In this document: one piece after another, positions 54,593 to 64,000 of the stretch
How the letters are laid out: each line of letters opens with the position of its first letter
Numbering within the stretch: the stretch's first letter is position 1
Source of the DNA: Rhynchopus sp. YZ270_cl-10
Taxonomy: Eukaryota
NCBI GenBank assembly: GCA_964035575.1
Contig: OZ037844.1
Location: forward strand, 1,364,001-1,428,000
Reading direction: 5' to 3'
DNA length: 64,000 bases
Position numbers and translations under genes: made by a program
The notes under the pieces: generated by a model
Told to the model about the DNA's origin: nothing
What the model saw: only the letters and a program-made list of their open reading frames with translations
Database searches by the model: none

Positions 54593-57247
54593 GTAGCCCC
54601 CCCCCCCCTATGACTGGTCCGTGTTTTTTGAGGTATGTTTTGTTCACATTTTCTAATCACACTGATTTACAGCCATTTATACATATTCGAATTTGTTTCT
54701 TTTTTCTGTACAAAGACGAGGCCTGTAAGTGTAAGAAATATGTCAAAAAAAACATCCTTTTGTAGAGAAGGGGGTTTACTTAACTGCTAAAGGTGTGCGT
54801 GAGCGCATGAGAAGCATCGTCAAGGTGAATCAAGCCTGCCGGAGAGGGCTTAGAGTCGTCATGGCAATTTTTTTTTCTTCTTTCTTTTTTCAAGCTTTCC
54901 TCCTATCGTGTTGTGCGGTTTTGCACATTTTTAACGGTTCTTTTGTTTTCAAGGTTTTTAAAAGGCAGATAAAGTGGAGATTTGCACAAACTGTGGCAAC
55001 ACAACCGAGGCAACTACACTACTCCAACAATATTATCAAAGAAAAAAAAAATATCGAAATACCTGTGGTGTATGTATGCGCCCGGTAACACTCATTCAAA
55101 AAGAACCCACCATACCACTAGAGTTACTGTTCCCAGCACACTACTCACAACAACACTAGGGCATTTATTTGCACTTTCAACTTTTCTTCGTTTTGCTTTT
55201 GTTTTGTTTTTGTTGAATGGATGGCTGTTCCAGAAGGCGTTTGCACTGTCAAGCATCACTTTCTGTCCGATGGTGCACCATCTTTCAAAAATATTAAATC
55301 AAGTTCAGGCAGAGGTGACTGAGCACCGAGGCTGTTGGACGATCATTTTTACGAAGAAAAAAAAAACGTGGATTGGACCGTTCGCGGGGGAATCCACGTT
55401 GTCAACGTTTTCAAAAAAAAAAAAAAATCAAAAATTTATTTCATCCACCCTTTCCCGCACAGCCTTGATTTCATCTCGCTATTTACAGTTCACTAATTCC
55501 TCAGCCCCTTAGCCTCGCTTGGAGGCTGACTTCGCGTCTACAACATTACTAATCAAAATAAAACAGAGCACAAAGCACTTTGCAAAATAAATTTAAAAAA
55601 ACCATTTTCAAATTTCTCGGAGGCTCCCCTCACAAGAACAGCGACAGTGAAGTGCAAATCAACTGCAACGTGCAAAACCTTACGTTTGCACGACAGACCA
55701 CATGCTCCAAGCCTGGGCAATGTACGGTCCACTCAAAGGACAGCTTGCCCACACCTTTCAAATGCCCCAGAACAGAATCAACAACTGTCTATGCAACCAA
55801 AGCGTCCCCCTAGCTCCCCACGACGTCTTTTATGAGTCTCGTAGAAGGTGCTATTTCAACAATTTATCAAAAAAAAAATAAGAGAGAAAGAAAGAGTGGA
55901 TGATCTGCATCTATACCTTTGAAATTCATTAGCCTTCGGGTGACTTTGTTGTACAAAAACTCGTCCTCGAACAGGATTGTCGATGCTACAAAAAAAAACA
56001 AAAAAAAAAGCATGGAGCAATTCGGGCATTACCTTGAAGCGTATAGTGGAGTTCATCTTTGGGTGTCTATACTAAAACAAATAAAAAAGCTTGATGAATA
56101 ATGAACACTAAAAATAATCAAAAAAAAAGTTACAACTGCAAACCCTCTCAATCAGCCTACACTAAAACAACCAAGTTTTCAAAAAAAAAAAAAATAACAA
56201 CGCCGAAGCCAAGCCTATCCCACACAGGGACGTCCTTGAGTCTCTCCGTTGTTCCGTCCCCGTTAGTTTCTTGACTCGTGTCTTGCTCAGCGTCAGGGGA
56301 CGAACAGCAGAGACGACAAATTGGGGATAGGCAAAAGCAATCGGTTGTATGGGGGAACAGTTGTTTGCTACTTCCACAACAAAACCAAACGTTTTTTTTT
56401 TTTTTTTTGTTGTTGTTGTTTCAGGGCTTTAGCTAGGATTTTTATTTTTTGAGCCTAGGGGGGTACATGGAATCTATAATGTGCTTCAGCAGAAGAGACT
56501 TAGCTTAGTATCGTTTTATCTACTTTTTCTTCAAGGTTTTTCTTGTCTTATTTTTGCTTGGCATATTTCTTCGCTTCATATTATATTGGTACACTGTCAC
56601 GAGAGGGCTTTGTATTTCAAGACACCTTTTTTATCCCCCCCTTTTTTAACACCGATTTTAGAAATTTTGTGTTTTTTGGCAGTAAATCAACTTCCACTCC
56701 ACTAATCTAATCGAGTAAAAATATGGTGGATTCAGCGGAGGTCAGTCCCGGCGGGGAAAATGCAGAAATCAGCACAATAGTGCCTTTGTGAGATGCTCAA
56801 ATGCAAAAATGGACCCCATTTTTGGGTGTATTTTTTAGGGGTCCCACGGAGGACGTGATTTTGAAGTGAAAATTTTTGTCAAAAAAAATGTGAAAAATTA
56901 CTATGTCGAGCTTTTGTGTAAAATAAAGCCAATGCAGAAATTTTTGAGTGTTTTTGACCATCTGTGGGTAGCGCATATTTTTTCTAGCAAAAGTGGATTT
57001 TTTGGGAATTTTGCACTTTTGTCGGAAATGGAAAAATAATACGACAGTGAAGTTATGGGTGGAGGATTTTTTTCGGGTTTTGTATTTAAACGATCTGGTG
57101 CAAATGAAGTGAATGCCTGAAATTTTGACGACTTTCGAGACAATTTTTCGAACTCAGAAAAAAATTGTCGGCGGGGGGATTTTGGGGATTTTTGACCGAG
57201 ATCTGACTTTTTTGTAAGGTGGACTTGAAGAAAACCTTGAAAAATTT

Positions 57248-57572
57248 TCCGCTCGCTTCGCTCGCGGATCTAATTTTTTACTAATGCTTGGTATTACACA
57301 ATATTCCCGCGCGCGAAGCGCGCGGGGAAAAAATTTTACGTGTAGTTTTTATGAGTAGTTTTTCCGCGAGCGGAAAAAGTAAATTCCCGCGCGCGAAGCG
57401 CGCGGGAATTTACTTTTACGGGTAGTTGTTCCACGAGCGAAGCGAGCGGGAAAAATTTTTAGGGGCAGTTTTTCTGCGAGCGAAGCGAGCGAGGAAAAAC
57501 TTTTACGGGTAGTTTTTTCGCGAGCGAAGCGAGCGGGAAAAGTATATTCCCGCGCGCGAAGCGCGCGGGAAA
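57248..57572. repeat. Cluster of GCGAAGC-type mini-hairpin repeats
   Basis: Three copies of TTCCCGCGCGCGAAGCGCGCGGG and several of CGAGCGAAGCGAGCG. Confidence 0.8.
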
Positions 57573-57636
57573 AATTTTTTCGAGTAGTTTGGGGTGTCCC
57601 GGCGGTACCACACTAACACCCACTTACGCACACTTT

Positions 57637-57752
57637 CACCCCATTTCACCCCATTTCACCGAATTACACCCACTTTCACCCCATTACACCCCATTACACC
57701 CCATTACACCCACTTACACCCCATTACGCCCCATTACACCCCATTACACATG
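57637..57752. repeat. 10-bp minisatellite (CACCCCATTA)n, about 11 copies
   Basis: Read directly from the sequence. Confidence 0.85.
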
Positions 57753-57985
57753 AATTACAACGCCTTGGTGTTTTGGTCTTTACTAAAGGGATGTGCGGAC
57801 GACACCAAAAAAATTGAAATTTTTCGCGATATTTTGGTGCTCCAAAAATTTGCCGGAACCGAAAATCGTGTAGTTTGGGGGTATTGAGGCCAGAAAAAAT
57901 TTGTGTGAATACATGAAAATATTCCTGATAGGGTGGCATTCGGCCAAAACATCAGCTGTTTTGGTCATTTTTGCCTTGTACAGTG

Positions 57986-58496
57986 CTGTGTACTGTGTAC
58001 TGTGTACTGTGTACTGTGTACTGTGTACTGTGTACTGTGTACTGTGTACTGTGTACTGTGTACTGTGTACTGTGTACTGTGTACTGTGTACTGTGTACTG
58101 TGTACTGTGTACTGTGTACTGTGTACTGTGTACTGTGTACTGTGTACTGTGTACTGTGTACTGTGTACTGTGTACTGTGTACTGTGTACTGTGTACTGTG
58201 TACTGTGTACTGTGTACTGTGTACTGTGTACTGTGTACTGTGTACTGTGTACTGTGTACTGTGTACTGTGTACTGTGTACTGTGTACTGTGTACTGTGTA
58301 CTGTGTACTGTGTACTGTGTACTGTGTACTGTGTACTGTGTACTGTGTACTGTGTACTGTGTACTGTGTACTGTGTACTGTGTACTGTGTACTGTGTACT
58401 GTGTACTGTGTACTGTGTACTGTGTACTGTGTACTGTGTACTGTGTACTGTGTACTGTGTACTGTGTACTGTGTACTGTGTACTGTGTACTGTGTA
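57986..58496. repeat. Perfect 7-bp tandem repeat (CTGTGTA)x73
   Basis: 511 bp with no interruptions seen. Confidence 0.97.
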
Positions 58497-60200
58497 AAAA
58501 CCATAGGGGGGACCCTATGGATTTTTGGATTTTGAACTGAAAATTTTGGAGCATAAATTTGGAGAACAAAATTACTATGTCCGAGTTTGAGGCCCAAAAA
58601 TTCCATTAAAGCAAGAATTTTTAACTTTTGAGTATCTGTGGTACTCTCATATTTTTTCCTAACTCGCACAAAATTTCTAAAAACGGTGTAAAAAAAATGC
58701 TTTGATATCTGTACCAGGTTGTTTTTTTTTTTGTGTTTTTTTGTGGCGTCAAATCAGGTGAACTCTTTTTAATTTGGTTATGGGTCTTCCACTGTTGCAA
58801 TGGTGCGTATATGACAGACTTCACAACCTTTTCACAAACTATGTGGGTGTGCATACACCATGCAATGGCTATTAATTTCCCTGATGCGACCAAATACCAA
58901 TGCGTTACCCGTCTTGCTTCTCCCTTTCCTTCTCTCCCACCTACCGCTGGAGAGAAATAGAGGAACCGAAACAAAACGCAAAACAGAACGCTCTTGTCTA
59001 GAATGTGGTAATTTATTATTTTTATACCTTTCCCCCCCCATCCTCTCTCTCTCTCTCTCTCTTTTCTTGTATTTCCACTTCTTTTCACTTTGCGATTGTA
59101 AAGGGGTTTTCCCCTTTTCATTTACTACAACACTATTAAGCAAAATTAAACAGAGCACAAAGCACTTTCAAAAAAACAAACAAAAAATAGCTATTTTTTT
59201 ACCGACCAGAAAAGTTGTTTTCTTGATGAGTGTTTTCTGAGTGCACAAAAAGAAAAGTCGGCTACTCGACCAGAAAAGTAGCTGGAAAAAAGTTCAGAAA
59301 AGCCAGAAAATTTCAACAAAACATTTTCAAACCCCCTTTCGTTTCTGTAGACGTCATAGTGACGTACTATTCATTTAGAGGTCACTTACGGAGAACTCCA
59401 TCTGAGACGGCGCTTTTGGTACTCCAGAAATAAAAAATACCAAGTACGCAACAACTACGCACTAAGTACGCAACAAGTACGCAACAAGTACGCAATATAG
59501 GGTATTCCTGTATTTTTTTTTTCGTGCACAAAGTGCGCAACAAGTACGCAAAATGGAGTTATCAGGAGTACCAGCTTTTTAAAAAAATCCTCTCCTTTTT
59601 CTTAGGAAAGGATGTGTGTGTGTATCGGGAAGCACGCTCATCCTTGATTTTTTCCCCCCCAATTTTTTTTGCATTGCATCCCCTGATTGGGCTTCCAGGT
59701 AGTTTATTTTTGACACCTGCCGTACGCCCATACAACCACTGCTCTCATTTTTCTTTCTCTGTCTCGCTTTCCCTTTCTATTTCTCTTTAGCTTTTCTTTC
59801 TTTCTCACTCTCTTCCACAGCCGATCCCTCCCAGACCCCTTCAGCTCCATCCCCACAAAAAAGTGTTAGCTGACTTATAATCCAAAAAGGCTTCGGCCGA
59901 CATTGAGTACAGACCTTACCAGTTAGTGTACAGTGATTGTCGAGGGGTGGAGACAAAAAAATAGTGGAGTTCATCCTCGGGTGTCTACACTACTACAACC
60001 AAGTTTTCAAAAAAAAAAAAAAAAGTGCACGAGAGAGGATGTCTCCTAAATGCCATATGTCATTTTCAGGCGTGTGTGCGAGACTATAGTACCGTATCGG
60101 TAACATAATTTGTGTCATATGACTTTGATCACAAAATGCTGAAGGTCCATTTAGAACAGATTCTTTCCTCCTCCTTCTTCCTTTCCTGCCCTTTTTTTTA

Positions 60201-60574
60201 CAGTACGACAACAAACATCGGAGGGGTAAAAACATAGGTGGGGTAAAAACACCGGAGGGGTAAAAACTAAGGTGGATTTTGGGATTTCAAAATTCTAAGG
60301 AGGGTTTTTACCCCTCCGATGTTTTTACCCCACCGGTGTTTTTACCCTGGGCATGAGAATTTTGATGGCAATCCCCGCCCTTTTCCCCAATATCTCACCT
60401 CATTTCCCCATATTTTCCATGTTGCCCCAAAGTATCATGTCCACTGGTATAAACACCGGTGGGGTAGGAACATAGGTGGGGTAAAAACACCGGAGGGGTA
60501 AAAACTAAGGTGGATTTTGGGATTTCAAAACTCTAAGGAGGGTTTTTACCCCACCGATGTTTGTTGTCATACTG
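60201..60574. mobile_element. Tc1/mariner(pogo)-like MITE
   Basis: TIR CAGTAYGACAACAAACATCGG, TA on both flanks, internal GGGGTAAAAAC repeats. Confidence 0.88.
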
Positions 60575-61621
60575 TATTTTTTGAAACATTTTTTTTCTCT
60601 TTTGCGATAACGAATGTGATCCGCACGAAGGTGACTAAGCTCAGAGAGGCTTAGAGGTTCATCTTACAAACTTTTTTCTTCTTTTTTTCTTCATAATTTG
60701 TTGGGTGAGTGCAGCTGCCACGCAAGCAGTCTGCACTGTCTATTTTTGATCCGTATACCTGTACTTTCAATTCATTGAATGGATAAGGTATACTACCCTT
60801 TGTTGTATACAAGCATTTGGCAAGAGGAATACAGAGTTGGGTAGTCTAATGGAGTATTTGAGTGTTCTCGTAACTCCCCTTTGCTTGAAAGGTTATTTGG
60901 TGTGGCTGAAAGGGGGTGCTATTTTTCTGCTATTCTGGGCATCTGGATTTTTTTTGGTGCGGCTGAAGGGAGGAGCTATTTTTGTGCTACTTTCTGCTAT
61001 TTTTGGGGTCGTCGGCCACACCATGAAACGATATTTAAAGTGCGAAGCACTGAGGCGCTTCTGACAACAATGTTTGATTCTGTAAGATGGGAACATTTTT
61101 TTTTTTTGGGTGGCTAAGCATGAGAGGCTTAGGTTCATCTTATGAACATTTTCTTTATTTTTTTTTTGTTGATCGCTATGGGTATGACCTCTCTGCTTTC
61201 AATTTATTGAAAAAAAAAATAATGTTGAAATAATTTGATTGTGATCAAGGTCGGTATGATAGGTGGTCTTTACAACGATTCTCTCTCTCTCTCTTTTTAT
61301 TAATATTGCGTTTGTTTTGTGATCAAAGGTGACTAAGCAAAGGTTTAGGTTCATCTTCTAATTTTTTTTTTTCTTCTATTGTTGGTATTTGCAACGAAGA
61401 GGGGGTTTTGCACCTGTAACGCTGTCTTTGTCTTTTTTTTGAAAGATGTAAAAATATAAATTCATCTTTCAAAAAGAAAAAAAAAAATAATATTTTCTGG
61501 TTCTGTCCTGTTGTGATTATTCCTGGGGCAGGCCAAAGTATGTTCAACGTCTTAAAAAAGGCCCAAAATTATACCTCCCCGTAGTGAAATTCAGGGGAGG
61601 GGTTTTTTACGCATTCACCCA

Positions 61622-61757
61622 CATGGTAGTCTGGTTGACCGTGCCAGACTCAAGCGACTCATTTTTTTTTTTTTCCCCTCGACTTTTTCTTGACTTCTGA
61701 AAGTCAAGAGAAGTTCACTATTTTCACAAGTCTGGCAGAGTCGGCCAGACTACCATG
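61622..61757. mobile_element. Short MITE with CATGGTAGTCTGG termini
   Basis: Imperfect ~29-bp TIR; no TSD evident. Confidence 0.6.
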
Positions 61758-62325
61758 TATGAAATTATCAACAAAAAAAATATCAAAATCCGCAAACTTA
61801 CGAATGTATCCGAAGGTGACTTAGCACGAGATGAATACCTGATGAATAAACCAAAGAATAATCTAATCAGACTAAGCACGAGAGGCTTAGGGTCATCTTA
61901 TTAACTTTTCTTATTTAGGATCCTTGAAGCTAAGCCATTTGGTAGACTATTACTAGCAATGTCGAAGCGAAATGCTGACAAAGTCCTTTCCGGATGAACG
62001 ATTTTTTTTTTGTTGTTGTTTTATTTCGGTTGCATGCGTCCGACGGCATCCGATATATAGTTTTGCACTTCCAACTTCTTGTTCAGGTACACAGCCACGA
62101 GAGGGCTTTGTATTTTTCAAGTCAACGTTTATTTTGTTCTCTTTTTTTCGCTTATTTCCCTTCATATCCACAAAACGATATTTTTTCCACCATTTTTTTT
62201 GCACACAAATCACGCATTAAAAAAAAAAAATGCTCGTCGGGGTTGAGGACGAACAGCATTTATACCTTCTGTAGTACAAAAAAGGGCTTCAGCTTCATTG
62301 AGTACACACAGCGGACTAGTCAGGG

Positions 62326-62445
62326 TAATGGTGGCAGTATTGTGATGGGAGCCCATTGGAATACACAAAATACATCAAAGTACACGATGTATTTTTGATG
62401 TATTTTGCGTATTCCAATGGGCTCCTATCATAATACTGACCATTA
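62326..62445. mobile_element. Second copy of the 54456-54592 palindromic MITE
   Basis: Same arms, 8-bp TSD AGTCAGGG. Confidence 0.85.
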
Positions 62446-63634
62446 AGTCAGGGGGGCGCTACTGGGAGTGCTAGTAATCCACATGGCTAGTGTTTTTTAC
62501 GACTGGTATTACACTAGTGTAACACTACTCGTTTTAAAAATTGTGGAGTGCATCTTCGGGTGGGTCTGCACTAATACTAACTAAGTTTTTCATCAGGGGG
62601 GGAAAAACCCCCCAAAAACCCTTCTTCCCTCTCTTTTGGCAATGGTGGTTGTCATAAGTCACAAACTAATACTAAATTGCATCATCACTGTTTTAACGCA
62701 ACACCGACACAACACACACACACACAAAAATCAACAAACGAACAAAGGGTAATATTCCGCTTTGTCGGGAGAACCACCCCCCAAATACACAGAACAATGA
62801 AAAAATGATAAATCAAAACAAAAGCATCTCACCTTCCCCATTTTTTTCCCCCCACACGCGCTGCTAACCTCGGGGCTACGTCGTCCCTTCAGTGAAACAA
62901 ACAAAGCTAACTCCAATGCTCACTCCGCTCCGCTGTGGCCCCAGCCCTGATAGGCTATAGTAGACACCCTGTGCCCTGTCCGCCAGGACACGAGGCTTTT
63001 TTGACTTATTTGCGTGATAAAATACCCCTCCCATCCCTTTCTGGTTGGGGCAATGGTGTTCCTGCTTACAACACTCTGTGCATACCAATGAAGTGCTCTC
63101 TGGGGTTCGATAGCAATGGGGTAACTGCTCTGTGTCCGATGAACGGTGAGGCGGTTTGCACTTTCAACTTCTCTTTTTTTAAAAGCGGGAGTAGCACATA
63201 TCAGATGTAAACCACGAAATGGATTGTAGGACTGCATGGTTGGGTGTCCACCCCACGGTACAGCCGCGTCATGCACTAAGATACTCTATCACGAGAGGGC
63301 TTTTGTATTTCAACTCTACTTTATATCAATGCCAAAAAGCTCTTGGCATATCCACCTCCTCCCTCACCTCCACACCACATCCACCCAAAACAGCATCTCA
63401 TCCATCTTCTGTTTCCCCCCCCCCCCCCCTTTTTTATATCTTCACGGTGACTAAGCTCAAAGCGGCTTAGGTTCATCTATTACAAACTTATCCTTTTTTT
63501 TCCTTCCTTCTTTTCTCCTTTCCCTCCCCCCTCAGGGGGTTTCCCTTTAAGGGAGCGATTCTTTTCTCCGCTTTCCTTGGGAAATACACATTATTTTACA
63601 CATCTCCTTCTTCTTCTTTTCCATTTCTTTTTAA

Positions 63635-64000
63635 ATGGAAATTCTTCTCATAGACCCTACTACTGGGCATCAAACCTTTGTTGATTTGTCGGAGGAAGAG
63701 ACGTACGCAAACTTACGAGATGCAGCAGCAGAAGCATTTCACCAACCGGCAGATCACATCTCTCTTACATATCATGGCAGCCCGCTTCGCAACGACGCTG
63801 ACTGCAGGGCTTTGGAACATCAAGCCGAGGTTTGTGCCAGCGTTTCGTCACAGTCCTATTACATTGCGCGGATCAAGGCTGGATACAAATTAGAATCGAT
63901 GCCGGAGTGGGTCCGCGGGGATTACGAATGCTGTGTATCAGCTGTCGAAACGTCTGCAGAACAGGTCGTCTATTGCAGCGATGAGATGAAGGCAAATCGT
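63635..64000 (+). CDS. 5' part of a ubiquitin-like domain plus DUF4116-like repeat protein, truncated by the window end and absent from the ORF track
   Basis: Open frame MEILLIDPTTGHQTFVDLSEEETYANLRDAAAEAFHQPADHISLTYHGSPL (ubiquitin-fold pattern), then PEWVRGDYECCVSAV...YCSDEMKANR; pyrimidine tract and AG at 63534-63535. Confidence 0.65.
   Translation, partial: MEILLIDPTTGHQTFVDLSEEETYANLRDAAAEAFHQPADHISLTYHGSPLRNDADCRALEHQAEVCASVSSQSYYIARIKAGYKLESMPEWVRGDYECCVSAVETSAEQVVYCSDEMKANR

Noticed and set aside
57901..58669. ORFs of 189-234 aa on both strands (VYCVLCT / HSTQYTV repeats)
   Set aside because: Artefact of a stop-free 7-bp tandem repeat.
1..64000. tRNA, rRNA, spliced-leader RNA or telomere arrays
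   Set aside because: None recognised by eye.

Overview
Eukaryotic genomic DNA, probably from a euglenozoan (diplonemid-like) protist. That assignment is an inference: all host genes are on the + strand, pyrimidine-tract/AG acceptors sit just 5' of several ATGs, and there is one GT-AG intron. Host genes: a 798-aa putative beta-propeller protein, a degenerate EF-hand-like protein, five paralogous ankyrin-repeat genes (near-invariant ~150-aa N-terminus plus variable ~100-aa triple-ankyrin units), a low-complexity hypothetical protein, an intron-containing dCMP deaminase, a Cys-rich single-pass membrane protein, a Cache/HAMP/cyclase-like receptor and a ubiquitin-like/DUF4116-like gene that runs off the window end. 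Intergenic DNA is full of non-autonomous TIR transposons (hAT-, Tc1/mariner-, Harbinger- and P-like), several nested, many with readable TSDs. Two items stand out. (1) A 1.66-kb Crypton-like element (25891-27549) has an intact tyrosine recombinase, loxP-like 13-4-13 dyads at both ends, asymmetric inverted repeats and a 154-nt hairpin whose GCA loop and tandem GA mismatches favour folding of one DNA strand only. (2) About ten families of short dispersed repeats, most of them stem-loops and several with RNA-type GAGA or UUCG tetraloops, were seen only in the gene-sense orientation.
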